From Eledone cirrhosa (lineage: Eukaryota): a DNA stretch of 64,000 nucleotides. The stretch spans positions 130,882,001-130,946,000 of the forward strand of contig OZ024742.1 of the NCBI GenBank assembly GCA_964016885.1, in the 5' to 3' direction. Every line of letters starts with the position of its first letter. Positions within the stretch are counted from its first letter, which is position 1. Under the pieces are notes generated by a model. That model was not told the origin of the DNA. It did no database searches and saw only the letters and a list, made by a program, of their open reading frames with translations. Of the stretch, positions 28,775 through 42,805 are shown one piece after another. A program made the translations under genes and the position numbers.

Positions 28775-29165
28775 TGGTTTCTTATATAGGCACAAGGCCA
28801 GCAATTTTTCGGGGAGGGAAAAGTCGTTGAAATTGACCCCAGTACATGACTGGTACTTTATTTTATCGACCTCGTAGGGATGAAAGGCAAAGTTAACCTC
28901 GGCTAGATTTGAATTCAGATCATAAAGGGACGTAACTCTATGCGGTAAAGAATCGCGTCCGACCCTCTACCGATGCTGCAAATCCACCGCCCCCTCTTTT
29001 TAGGCTACCAATTACCTCCAGTGTATCACTGGTACTTTATTTTATCGACCCCGTAAGGATGAAAGGCAAAGTTAACCTCGGCGGGATTTGAACCTAGAAA
29101 GTAAAGGGCCATAACTCTATGCTGCAAAGCATGTTGTCTGACGCTCTACCGATACTGCCAATACA
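28775..29165 (-). mobile_element. Two SINE copies (family of 2310-2870)
   Basis: ctggtactttattttatcgacc..ggatgaaaggcaaagttaacctcggc..atttgaa motif twice. Confidence 0.75.
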
Positions 29166-29171
29166 CCACTC

Positions 29172-30900
29172 TTATAATAGCAATAATAGCAATAATAATA
29201 ACAATAACAAGAACAACAGCAACGACTGCAGCAGTATCAACAACAACAATAGCAAGAACAAAAGCAACCTCATCATCATCATCATCATCAACGACAACAT
29301 CAACACCGACATTAACACCAGCGGCAACATCAACATCATCCACAATAAAACCACAACAACCGCAACAATAGTAATAACAACAACAGCAACAACAATAGCA
29401 ACAACAACAGCAGCAACAATAATAGCAATAACAATATCAACAACAATAGCAATAACAACAATAGCAACAACAAGAGCAGCAACAGCAACAATAGCAATAA
29501 CAACAACAGCAACAACAATAACAACAACAACAACAACAGCAACAACAATAGCAACAACAACAGCAACAACAATATCAATAACAACAACAACAACAATACA
29601 ATAGCAACAACAGCAACAATAGCAATAACAACAACAGCAACAACAATAGCAACAACAACAGCAGCAACAATAGCAATAACAACAACAGCAACAACAATAG
29701 CAACAACAACAGCAGCAATAATAGCAATAACAACAACAGCAACAACAATAGCAACAACAGCAACAGCAACAGCAACAATAGCAATAACAACAACAACAAC
29801 AATAGCAACAACAACAGCAGCCACAACAATAGCAATAACAACAACAACAGCAACAACAACAACAACAACAATAGCAACAACAACAGCAGCAACAACAATA
29901 GCAATAACAACAACACCAACAACAATAGCAACAACGACAGCAACAATAGCAATAACAACAACAGCAACAACAATAGCAACAAAAACAATAGCAATAACAA
30001 CAACAGCAACAGCAATAGCAACAACAACAACAGCAACAATAGCAATAACAACAACAATAACAACAATAGTAACAATAACAACAATAGCGACAACAAAACA
30101 ACAGCAACAACAATAACAACAACCACAACAGCAACAATAGCAATAACAACGACAACAACAAAAGCAACAACAACAACAATAGCGACAACAACAACAACAA
30201 CAACAATAGCAACAACAACAACAACAACAATAACAACAACAGCAACAACAATAGCAACAACAACGACAACAACAATAGCAATAACAACAACAACAACAAC
30301 AGCAATAACAACAACAACAACAATAGCAACAACAAAAACAATAGCAACAACAACAACAGCAACAGCAATAACAACAACCACAACAGCAACAATAGCAATA
30401 ACAAGAACAGCAACAACAATAACAACAACAACAACAGCAACAACAACAGCAACAATAGCAACAACAACAACAGCGACAGCAATAACAACAACAACAACAA
30501 CAACAGCAACAATAGCAATAACAACAACAGCAACAACAACAACAGCAACAGCAACAGCAACAATAGTAATAACAATAACAACAACAACAACAACAACAGC
30601 AACAATAGCAATAACAACAACAGCAACAACAATAACAACAACAGCAGCAACAATAGCAATAACAACAACAGCAACAATAACAACAGCAACAATAGCAATA
30701 ACAATAACAGCAACAATAGAAATAACAAGAACAGCAACAATAGCAATAACAACAACAGCAGCAACAATAGCAACAACAAGAACAGCTACAATAGCAATAA
30801 CAACAACAGCAGCAACAACATCAACCACAACAACAGCAACAATAGCAATAACAACAACAAGAACAGCAACAATAACAACAACACCAACATAAACATCAAC
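29172..30900. repeat. Long degenerate (CAA/CAG/TAG/TAA) trinucleotide repeat
   Basis: About 1.7 kb of caacaacagcaacaatagcaataa-type units; gives poly-L/V/C pseudo-ORFs. Confidence 0.95.
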
Positions 30901-31094
30901 ATCAACTGAATTGAAACTAACTGAAACAACAACTGCACGAATATCACTGATAAAGGGCAACAACTGCGTCCACAACATTATTGTCTTCAATAACTGTATT
31001 TGAAAAGGAACATTAAAACCAGGTGAGAGAGAGAGAGAGATGGATATAGAGGGGGAAAAGAGAGAAATAGTGGGTGAGAGTGAGAGAGAAAGAC

Positions 31095-31148
<54 letters not shown>

Positions 31149-31932
31149 CATGTGAATTAGTGAATGAGAGAAAGAAGAGTGATAATAAAGGTAACACCGA
31201 CATCTTCAACAACAACAGCAACAATAACAACAGCAATAACATTCAATAAGAACAATACCAACAGATGAAATAGAGAGTGAGTTAGAGAGAGTCAGAGAGA
31301 GAGTGAGTTAGTGAGAGAAAGAGAGAGAGAGATAGAGAGATAGAAAGAGGGAGAGAGAGAGAGAGCAATGACGAAAAAATGCAACAACTGATAAAAAACC
31401 AAAAAAAACAAAAAGAAAGCGACAAAAATAATAAGATTCTAATCAAAAATAGAAATAAGGGGAGATAACTAATGAGCAGAACGAACGAAGGTAGAAGCTT
31501 CGCAGAACATGATTGAAAGAGGGTTGAAAAGTAGATTAAAAACAAGAGATAAAATATAAAAAGATGTGTGTAAGAAGGGACAAAAGCTTACTGGAGTGTG
31601 AAGAAGTGAAATATTGTTTCATGATAATATGAATGTAATGGAAGTATGAACTAGAAAGAGGATTGAAGTAGGGGGAGAATCCAGCTCTTTCTCTCTCTCT
31701 CTCACTTTCACTCAATACACTCACACACACACAAACACACACATATACACACATGCACATGCACACACACACACACATAGACACAGACACACACATGCAT
31801 AAACAGACAGACAGACACACACACACACCCCCACATATATATATATATGTAATGTAGAGTGCTTTTAATCTATTGTAAAACTATATTCATTGAGTAATCA
31901 ATGAACCATATTAATCTTTGGTTATATCTCTC

Positions 31933-32042
<110 letters not shown>

Positions 32043-32227
32043 GGAGTGGCTGAGAGGGAAGATGGATGCTTTGTCCACATTCATCCTATGGGTTTCATTT
32101 TTTATCAGTGCAACATTGCTATATACGTACATACATGATATATATACTTACACACACACATACATACGTACACGCAAAAACACACACATATATATATATA
32201 TTTATATATATATGGTATATGTAAAAA

Positions 32228-32271
<44 letters not shown>

Positions 32272-32558
32272 CAAATAACGAAACGAAATTAAATTTCGTT
32301 TCGTTTGTAACTCACTTTTGTATGACTGACGCTTAAACAATTAAGTTAAAAATGTACATCCACATATGTATACTGAAATACTAGTATGCATATGAATACA
32401 CACACGTGTACATATGTAGATGTACCGAGTTTTCACTGGTCACTTTACTGTGAGTGTCCAGCTATTCTGTATGTAAACACACATACAAACCGGTTTTTAG
32501 AGTCATACTGGTTTTTGAGGAAACACCTTTCCTCTATTCTCCAGAAAGCCAGACAAGG

Positions 32559-32603
32559 AATATTGGACTAGTTTCGATGTTGTTACATCTCATCAGCAAT
32601 ATT
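32559..32603 (-). ncRNA. Minimal type I hammerhead ribozyme (first of 16 left-arm copies, every 465 bp)
   Basis: RNA AAUAUUG-CUGAUGA-GAUGU(AACA)ACAUC-GAAA-CUAG-UC/CAAUAUU: 7-bp stem I, full core, 5-bp stem II, palindromic mini stem III, GUC cleavage triplet. Confidence 0.9.
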
Positions 32604-35600
32604 TACCTATCTTCCGGCCTCTCTAGAGAATCGTGAAAGCACATATCGCTATATGCTTTTTCTATGAAAATTAGTAGTGGGCAGACCAATTTGCATAGAG
32701 CGTGAGTACGTACCGGTTCAACGGAGACGATAAAAACAAATAACGAAACGAAATTAAATTTCGTTTCGTTTGTAACTCACTTTTGTATGACTGACGCTTA
32801 AACAATTAAGTTAAAAATGTACATCCACATATGTATACTGAAATACTAGTATGCATATGAATACACACACGTGTACATATGTAGATGTACCGAGTTTTCA
32901 CTGGTCACTTTACTGTGAGTGTCCAGCTATTCTGTATGTAAACACACATACAAACCGGTTTTTAGAGTCATACTGGTTTTTGAGGAAACACCTTTCCTCT
33001 ATTCTCCAGAAAGCCAGACAAGGAATATTGGACTAGTTTCGATGTTGTTACATCTCATCAGCAATATTTACCTATCTTCCGGCCTCTCTAGAGAATCGTG
33101 AAAGCACATATCGCTATATGCTTTTTCTATGAAAATTAGTAGTGGGCAGACCAATTTGCATAGAGCGTGAGTACGTACCGGTTCAACGGAGACGATAAAA
33201 ACAAATAACGAAACGAAATTAAATTTCGTTTCGTTTGTAACTCACTTTTGTATGACTGACGCTTAAACAATTAAGTTAAAAATGTACATCCACATATGTA
33301 TACTGAAATACTAGTATGCATATGAATACACACACGTGTACATATGTAGATGTACCGAGTTTTCACTGGTCACTTTACTGTGAGTGTCCAGCTATTCTGT
33401 ATGTAAACACACATACAAACCGGTTTTTAGAGTCATACTGGTTTTTGAGGAAACACCTTTCCTCTATTCTCCAGAAAGCCAGACAAGGAATATTGGACTA
33501 GTTTCGATGTTGTTACATCTCATCAGCAATATTTACCTATCTTCCGGCCTCTCTAGAGAATCGTGAAAGCACATATCGCTATATGCTTTTTCTATGAAAA
33601 TTAGTAGTGGGCAGACCAATTTGCATAGAGCGTGAGTACGTACCGGTTCAACGGAGACGATAAAAACAAATAACGAAACGAAATTAAATTTCGTTTCGTT
33701 TGTAACTCACTTTTGTATGACTGACGCTTAAACAATTAAGTTAAAAATGTACATCCACATATGTATACTGAAATACTAGTATGCATATGAATACACACAC
33801 GTGTACATATGTAGATGTACCGAGTTTTCACTGGTCACTTTACTGTGAGTGTCCAGCTATTCTGTATGTAAACACACATACAAACCGGTTTTTAGAGTCA
33901 TACTGGTTTTTGAGGAAACACCTTTCCTCTATTCTCCAGAAAGCCAGACAAGGAATATTGGACTAGTTTCGATGTTGTTACATCTCATCAGCAATATTTA
34001 CCTATCTTCCGGCCTCTCTAGAGAATCGTGAAAGCACATATCGCTATATGCTTTTTCTATGAAAATTAGTAGTGGGCAGACCAATTTGCATAGAGCGTGA
34101 GTACGTACCGGTTCAACGGAGACGATAAAAACAAATAACGAAACGAAATTAAATTTCGTTTCGTTTGTAACTCACTTTTGTATGACTGACGCTTAAACAA
34201 TTAAGTTAAAAATGTACATCCACATATGTATACTGAAATACTAGTATGCATATGAATACACACACGTGTACATATGTAGATGTACCGAGTTTTCACTGGT
34301 CACTTTACTGTGAGTGTCCAGCTATTCTGTATGTAAACACACATACAAACCGGTTTTTAGAGTCATACTGGTTTTTGAGGAAACACCTTTCCTCTATTCT
34401 CCAGAAAGCCAGACAAGGAATATTGGACTAGTTTCGATGTTGTTACATCTCATCAGCAATATTTACCTATCTTCCGGCCTCTCTAGAGAATCGTGAAAGC
34501 ACATATCGCTATATGCTTTTTCTATGAAAATTAGTAGTGGGCAGACCAATTTGCATAGAGCGTGAGTACGTACCGGTTCAACGGAGACGATAAAAACAAA
34601 TAACGAAACGAAATTAAATTTCGTTTCGTTTGTAACTCACTTTTGTATGACTGACGCTTAAACAATTAAGTTAAAAATGTACATCCACATATGTATACTG
34701 AAATACTAGTATGCATATGAATACACACACGTGTACATATGTAGATGTACCGAGTTTTCACTGGTCACTTTACTGTGAGTGTCCAGCTATTCTGTATGTA
34801 AACACACATACAAACCGGTTTTTAGAGTCATACTGGTTTTTGAGGAAACACCTTTCCTCTATTCTCCAGAAAGCCAGACAAGGAATATTGGACTAGTTTC
34901 GATGTTGTTACATCTCATCAGCAATATTTACCTATCTTCCGGCCTCTCTAGAGAATCGTGAAAGCACATATCGCTATATGCTTTTTCTATGAAAATTAGT
35001 AGTGGGCAGACCAATTTGCATAGAGCGTGAGTACGTACCGGTTCAACGGAGACGATAAAAACAAATAACGAAACGAAATTAAATTTCGTTTCGTTTGTAA
35101 CTCACTTTTGTATGACTGACGCTTAAACAATTAAGTTAAAAATGTACATCCACATATGTATACTGAAATACTAGTATGCATATGAATACACACACGTGTA
35201 CATATGTAGATGTACCGAGTTTTCACTGGTCACTTTACTGTGAGTGTCCAGCTATTCTGTATGTAAACACACATACAAACCGGTTTTTAGAGTCATACTG
35301 GTTTTTGAGGAAACACCTTTCCTCTATTCTCCAGAAAGCCAGACAAGGAATATTGGACTAGTTTCGATGTTGTTACATCTCATCAGCAATATTTACCTAT
35401 CTTCCGGCCTCTCTAGAGAATCGTGAAAGCACATATCGCTATATGCTTTTTCTATGAAAATTAGTAGTGGGCAGACCAATTTGCATAGAGCGTGAGTACG
35501 TACCGGTTCAACGGAGACGATAAAAACAAATAACGAAACGAAATTAAATTTCGTTTCGTTTGTAACTCACTTTTGTATGACTGACGCTTAAACAATTAAG

Positions 35601-38600
35601 TTAAAAATGTACATCCACATATGTATACTGAAATACTAGTATGCATATGAATACACACACGTGTACATATGTAGATGTACCGAGTTTTCACTGGTCACTT
35701 TACTGTGAGTGTCCAGCTATTCTGTATGTAAACACACATACAAACCGGTTTTTAGAGTCATACTGGTTTTTGAGGAAACACCTTTCCTCTATTCTCCAGA
35801 AAGCCAGACAAGGAATATTGGACTAGTTTCGAGGTTGTTACATCTCATCAGCAATATTTACCTATCTTCCGGCCTCTCTAGAGAATCGTGAAAGCACATA
35901 TCGCTATATGCTTTTTCTATGAAAATTAGTAGTGGGCAGACCAATTTGCATAGAGCGTGAGTACGTACCGGTTCAACGGAGACGATAAAAACAAATAACG
36001 AAACGAAATTAAATTTCGTTTCGTTTGTAACTCACTTTTGTATGACTGACGCTTAAACAATTAAGTTAAAAATGTACATCCACATATGTATACTGAAATA
36101 CTAGTATGCATATGAATACACACACGTGTACATATGTAGATGTACCGAGTTTTCACTGGTCACTTTACTGTGAGTGTCCAGCTATTCTGTATGTAAACAC
36201 ACATACAAACCGGTTTTTAGAGTCATACTGGTTTTTGAGGAAACACCTTTCCTCTATTCTCCAGAAAGCCAGACAAGGAATATTGGACTAGTTTCGATGT
36301 TGTTACATCTCATCAGCAATATTTACCTATCTTCCGGCCTCTCTAGAGAATCGTGAAAGCACATATCGCTATATGCTTTTTCTATGAAAATTAGTAGTGG
36401 GCAGACCAATTTGCATAGAGCGTGAGTACGTACCGGTTCAACGGAGACGATAAAAACAAATAACGAAACGAAATTAAATTTCGTTTCGTTTGTAACTCAC
36501 TTTTGTATGACTGACGCTTAAACAATTAAGTTAAAAATGTACATCCACATATGTATACTGAAATACTAGTATGCATATGAATACACACACGTGTACATAT
36601 GTAGATGTACCGAGTTTTCACTGGTCACTTTACTGTGAGTGTCCAGCTATTCTGTATGTAAACACACATACAAACCGGTTTTTAGAGTCATACTGGTTTT
36701 TGAGGAAACACCTTTCCTCTATTCTCCAGAAAGCCAGACAAGGAATATTGGACTAGTTTCGATGTTGTTACATCTCATCAGCAATATTTACCTATCTTCC
36801 GGCCTCTCTAGAGAATCGTGAAAGCACATATCGCTATATGCTTTTTCTATGAAAATTAGTAGTGGGCAGACCAATTTGCATAGAGCGTGAGTACGTACCG
36901 GTTCAACGGAGACGATAAAAACAAATAACGAAACGAAATTAAATTTCGTTTCGTTTGTAACTCACTTTTGTATGACTGACGCTTAAACAATTAAGTTAAA
37001 AATGTACATCCACATATGTATACTGAAATACTAGTATGCATATGAATACACACACGTGTACATATGTAGATGTACCGAGTTTTCACTGGTCACTTTACTG
37101 TGAGTGTCCAGCTATTCTGTATGTAAACACACATACAAACCGGTTTTTAGAGTCATACTGGTTTTTGAGGAAACACCTTTCCTCTATTCTCCAGAAAGCC
37201 AGACAAGGAATATTGAACTAGTTTCGATGTTGTTACATCTCATCAGCAATATTTACCTATCTTCCGGCCTCTCTAGAGAATCGTGAAAGCACATATCGCT
37301 ATATGCTTTTTCTATGAAAATTAGTAGTGGGCAGACCAATTTGCATAGAGCGTGAGTACGTACCGGTTCAACGGAGACGATAAAAACAAATAACGAAACG
37401 AAATTAAATTTCGTTTCGTTTGTAACTCACTTTTGTATGACTGACGCTTAAACAATTAAGTTAAAAATGTACATCCACATATGTATACTGAAATACTAGT
37501 ATGCATATGAATACACACACGTGTACATATGTAGATGTACCGAGTTTTCACTGGTCACTTTACTGTGAGTGTCCAGCTATTCTGTATGTAAACACACATA
37601 CAAACCGGTTTTTAGAGTCATACTGGTTTTTGAGGAAACACCTTTCCTCTATTCTCCAGAAAGCCAGACAAGGAATATTGGACTAGTTTCGATGTTGTTA
37701 CATCTCATCAGCAATATTTACCTATCTTCCGGCCTCTCTAGAGAATCGTGAAAGCACATATCGCTATATGCTTTTTCTATGAAAATTAGTAGTGGGCAGA
37801 CCAATTTGCATAGAGCGTGAGTACGTACCGGTTCAACGGAGACGATAAAAACAAATAACGAAACGAAATTAAATTTCGTTTCGTTTGTAACTCACTTTTG
37901 TATGACTGACGCTTAAACAATTAAGTTAAAAATGTACATCCACATATGTATACTGAAATACTAGTATGCATATGAATACACACACGTGTACATATGTAGA
38001 TGTACCGAGTTTTCACTGGTCACTTTACTGTGAGTGTCCAGCTATTCTGTATGTAAACACACATACAAACCGGTTTTTAGAGTCATACTGGTTTTTGAGG
38101 AAACACCTTTCCTCTATTCTCCAGAAAGCCAGACAAGGAATATTGGACTAGTTTCGATGTTGTTACATCTCATCAGCAATATTTACCTATCTTCCGGCCT
38201 CTCTAGAGAATCGTGAAAGCACATATCGCTATATGCTTTTTCTATGAAAATTAGTAGTGGGCAGACCAATTTGCATAGAGCGTGAGTACGTACCGGTTCA
38301 ACGGAGACGATAAAAACAAATAACGAAACGAAATTAAATTTCGTTTCGTTTGTAACTCACTTTTGTATGACTGACGCTTAAACAATTAAGTTAAAAATGT
38401 ACATCCACATATGTATACTGAAATACTAGTATGCATATGAATACACACACGTGTACATATGTAGATGTACCGAGTTTTCACTGGTCACTTTACTGTGAGT
38501 GTCCAGCTATTCTGTATGTAAACACACATACAAACCGGTTTTTAGAGTCATACTGGTTTTTGAGGAAACACCTTTCCTCTATTCTCCAGAAAGCCAGACA

Positions 38601-40247
38601 AGGAATATTGGACTAGTTTCGATGTTGTTACATCTCATCAGCAATATTTACCTATCTTCCGGCCTCTCTAGAGAATCGTGAAAGCACATATCGCTATATG
38701 CTTTTTCTATGAAAATTAGTAGTGGGCAGACCAATTTGCATAGAGCGTGAGTACGTACCGGTTCAACGGAGACGATAAAAACAAATAACGAAACGAAATT
38801 AAATTTCGTTTCGTTTGTAACTCACTTTTGTATGACTGACGCTTAAACAATTAAGTTAAAAATGTACATCCACATATGTATACTGAAATACTAGTATGCA
38901 TATGAATACACACACGTGTACATATGTAGATGTACCGAGTTTTCACTGGTCACTTTACTGTGAGTGTCCAGCTATTCTGTATGTAAACACACATACAAAC
39001 CGGTTTTTAGAGTCATACTGGTTTTTGAGGAAACACCTTTCCTCTATTCTCCAGAAAGCCAGACAAGGAATATTGGACTAGTTTCGATGTTGTTACATCT
39101 CATCAGCAATATTTACCTATCTTCCGGCCTCTCTAGAGAATCGTGAAAGCACATATCGCTATATGCTTTTTCTATGAAAATTAGTAGTGGGCAGACCAAT
39201 TTGCATAGAGCGTGAGTACGTACCGGTTCAACGGAGACGATAAAAACAAATAACGAAACGAAATTAAATTTCGTTTCGTTTGTAACTCACTTTTGTATGA
39301 CTGACGCTTAAACAATTAAGTTAAAAATGTACATCCACATATGTATACTGAAATACTAGTATGCATATGAATACACACACGTGTACATATGTAGATGTAC
39401 CGAGTTTTCACTGGTCACTTTACTGTGAGTGTCCAGCTATTCTGTATGTAAACACACATACAAACCGGTTTTTAGAGTCATACTGGTTTTTGAGGAAACA
39501 CCTTTCCTCTATTCTCCAGAAAGCCAGACAAGGAATATTGGACTAGTTTCGATGTTGTTACATCTCATCAGCAATATTTACCTATCTTCCGGCCTCTCTA
39601 GAGAATCGTGAAAGCACATATCGCTATATGCTTTTTCTATGAAAATTAGTAGTGGGCAGACCAATTTGCATAGAGCGTGAGTACGTACCGGTTCAACGGA
39701 GACGATAAAAACAAATAACGAAACGAAATTAAATTTCGTTTCGTTTGTAACTCACTTTTGTATGACTGACGCTTAAACAATTAAGTTTTCACTGGTCACT
39801 TTACTGTGAGTGTCCAGCTATTCTGTATGTAAACACACATACAAACCGGTTTGACAAACCAGTATGACTCTAAACCAGTATGACTCTAAAAACCGGTTTG
39901 TATGTGTGTTTACATACAGAATAGCTGGACACTCACAGTAAAGTGACCAGTGAAAACTCGGTACATCTACATATGTACACGTGTGTGTATTCATATGCAT
40001 ACTAGTATTTCAGTATACATATGTGGATGTACATTTTTAACTTAATTGTTTAAGCGTCAGTCATACAAAAGTGAGTTACAAACGAAACGAAATTTAATTT
40101 CGTTTCGTTATTTGTTTTTATCGTCTCCGTTGAACCGGTACGTACTCACGCTCTATGCAAATTGGTCTGCCCACTACTAATTTTCATAGAAAAAGCATAT
40201 AGCGATATGTGCTTTCACGATTCTCTAGAGAGGCCGGAAGATAGGTA

Positions 40248-40292
40248 AATATTGCTGATGAGATGTAACAACATCGAAACTAGTCCAATATT
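40248..40292 (+). ncRNA. Same hammerhead ribozyme in the inverted arm (second copy 40713-40757)
   Basis: aatattgctgatgagatgtaacaacatcgaaactagtccaatatt read directly on the + strand. Confidence 0.9.
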
Positions 40293-40977
40293 CCTTGTCT
40301 GGCTTTCTGGAGAATAGAGGAAAGGTGTTTCCTCAAAAACCAGTATGACTCTAAAAACCGGTTTGTATGTGTGTTTACATACAGAATAGCTGGACACTCA
40401 CAGTAAAGTGACCAGTGAAAACTCGGTACATCTACATATGTACACGTGTGTGTATTCATATGCATACTAGTATTTCAGTATACATATGTGGATGTACATT
40501 TTTAACTTAATTGTTTAAGCGTCAGTCATACAAAAGTGAGTTACAAACGAAACGAAATTTAATTTCGTTTCGTTATTTGTTTTTATCGTCTCCGTTGAAC
40601 CGGTACGTACTCACGCTCTATGCAAATTGGTCTGCCCACTACTAATTTTCATAGAAAAAGCATATAGCGATATGTGCTTTCACGATTCTCTAGAGAGGCC
40701 GGAAGATAGGTAAATATTGCTGATGAGATGTAACAACATCGAAACTAGTCCAATATTCCTTGTCTGGCTTTCTGGAGAATAGAGGAAAGGTGTTTCCTCA
40801 AAAACCAGTATGACTCTAAAAACCGGTTTGTATGTGTGTTTACATACAGAATAGCTGGACACTCACAGTAAAGTGACCAGTGAAAACTCGGTACATCTAC
40901 ATATGTACACGTGTGTGTATTCATATGCATACTAGTATTTCAGTATACATATGTGGATGTACATTTTTAACTTAATT

Positions 40978-41013
<36 letters not shown>

Positions 41014-41142
41014 TTCTAAGAGTAAACCAACCTTAAAGGGAGAGATGGATATAGGCGAGGAGAAGAGAGATTGGTGAATTTGTTAGAAGCCAAAAGCGTA
41101 AAGGCATGTGCTCAATGTGCAATAATCAGTGGAGGCAGCTAA

Positions 41143-41233
<91 letters not shown>

Positions 41234-41286
41234 TAATAAAAACAATGAAATAAAAACAAAGAACAAGTTCTTTATATTAAAAAATT

Positions 41287-41420
41287 CATCATTTTACGAT
41301 CGTTTCTAGGATGTATATGTGTGTTGGTATGTATATCATATAGATCTATGTAAAAATATTACAAATTATCAGAGGAAATATGCATGCCTTCACATGTACA
41401 TGCTGTCTTCAGAAATGATG
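41287..41420 (-). ncRNA. Type I hammerhead-like motif with ~99-nt stem II (mutated sense copy at 43342-43477)
   Basis: CAUCAUUU-CUGAAGA-[long imperfect hairpin]-GAAA-CGAUCG-UA/AAAUGAUG; 8-bp stem I, palindromic stem III. Confidence 0.7.
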
Positions 41421-41879
41421 AGATTTGTTTATTGAAAAAATAACCAACAAGGATTTAATATAAAATGTCTGTTTGGTAACAGGTTTTGAATTGACCAATA
41501 GAAAAGTAGTTAGAGCTCAAGTAGCTAGAAGCGGCCACAAAAACAAATTAGTCTATATACCTTGCACCAATAATACTTCAAACATACAACCCAATATTAC
41601 CAACAAACACTAAATGAAAAAGCCACACCTAAATGCCACTCATACTACACCCAAAAATACCAACCTAAAACGTAATTTCTCTACGTCTTCTCACATAAAA
41701 TATAATGACTTTCAAAAAACCATTCATCCTAATATTCCAATATATGTTAACAACATTACTAACAAAATTCCTAGTAATCAGACTAAAACACCCAAATCAG
41801 TTAATCTAACTAAACCTATATATAATAAATTCACTAATAGTAACTCTCTTAGTAAACATCCTGATACATCGTATAAATA

Positions 41880-42664
41880 TAAAAAAACAATATCGAAACC
41901 GTAATAGACGGGTTACTTGGTATAATGCTCCATTTAATCTACAAATTAAAGATAATATCCCTAAAATTTTTTTACTATCCTAGAGAAAAACTTCCCGCCA
42001 AACCATATATACCATCAAATTTTAAATAAATAAACTGTCAAATTTTCCTACTCCACTTCCAAAAATATACAACAAAATATAAGTGCGTACAACGCATATA
42101 CATGTAAAAAACCACAAACATAGCACCAACACACCAAACCGACCATAATAATAAAATAAACCGCAACAAACCACCATCTCCTTCACCTATAACAAGTCGA
42201 GTAAATTCCACACCAAATTTGACTAACTCCCCTGATATAATATTCACGAATGGTTGTAACTGTAGAATCAAAAGGGAAATTGTCTTATTAATAACATAGT
42301 CTATAAATGTAAAATTAGCACCAAGGACTCCACTTATTCATATATAGGAGCTACGTCTAACCAATTTAAAATAAGATTTAATACCCACAAACATAGTTTT
42401 TAAAATGCCGCATTAGCTAATACAACATCCTTGACTGAAACAATTAATAATTATAGAAAGAAGAATATCGATTACAACCTGACCTGCAGTGTGCTCAAAA
42501 GGGCCACCCCTTATCAAAATAACAGATACGAGTGTAGGTTATGCTCCCAGGAACTTTTTGAAATCATGAAATCTAAGGATATCCTATTAAATAAGCGACA
42601 GGAATTAATTATATCTTGCAATCATAGAATTAGCAGAACCTTCAAATATTATAAACCTAATTAA
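41880..42664 (+). pseudogene. Penelope-like linker plus GIY-YIG endonuclease, disrupted
   Basis: IVY..YIG..FK.RF..H and CxxC..E..LLN..E..CxH motifs with stops and frameshifts. Confidence 0.8.
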
Positions 42665-42805
42665 TATACACCTTACACTTATATTTTACATATTATTATA
42701 ATTAGTTTTTTTAATTTAGTTAACCTATAATTAGCACTTTACTACAGAGAACTTCATAATTTTATTTCTCTCTTACAGCTCTCTTTTCCTAAAATTAATA
42801 CCTAA

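Larger units (their letters stand above)
32266..40982. mobile_element. Retrozyme-like array 1: 465-bp unit, 16+ copies in one orientation then ~2.4 inverted copies, inserted in (TA)n
   Basis: Exact 465-bp period (ORF track repeats 32386, 32851 ... 39361). Inversion at ~39853-39872; (TA)n on both flanks; each complete unit has a hammerhead motif. Confidence 0.85.

Noticed and set aside
29119-31242. 535-aa and 555-aa ORFs
   Set aside because: Translations of the trinucleotide repeat (poly-L/V/C); no evidence of coding.
32386-32636. Repeated 60-61 aa ORFs in the 465-bp unit as a tandem gene family
   Set aside because: Short, overlapping, no motif, and antisense to the ribozyme strand; their recurrence simply reflects the repeat.
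32266-40982. CRISPR array or 5S/snRNA/tRNA gene cluster
   Set aside because: No variable spacers or cas genes, and no recognisable structural RNA gene or Pol III boxes in the unit.
41010-41145. 135-bp island between TA tracts as a LINE fragment
   Set aside because: Purine-rich and possibly a TE stub, but no motif I can assign.
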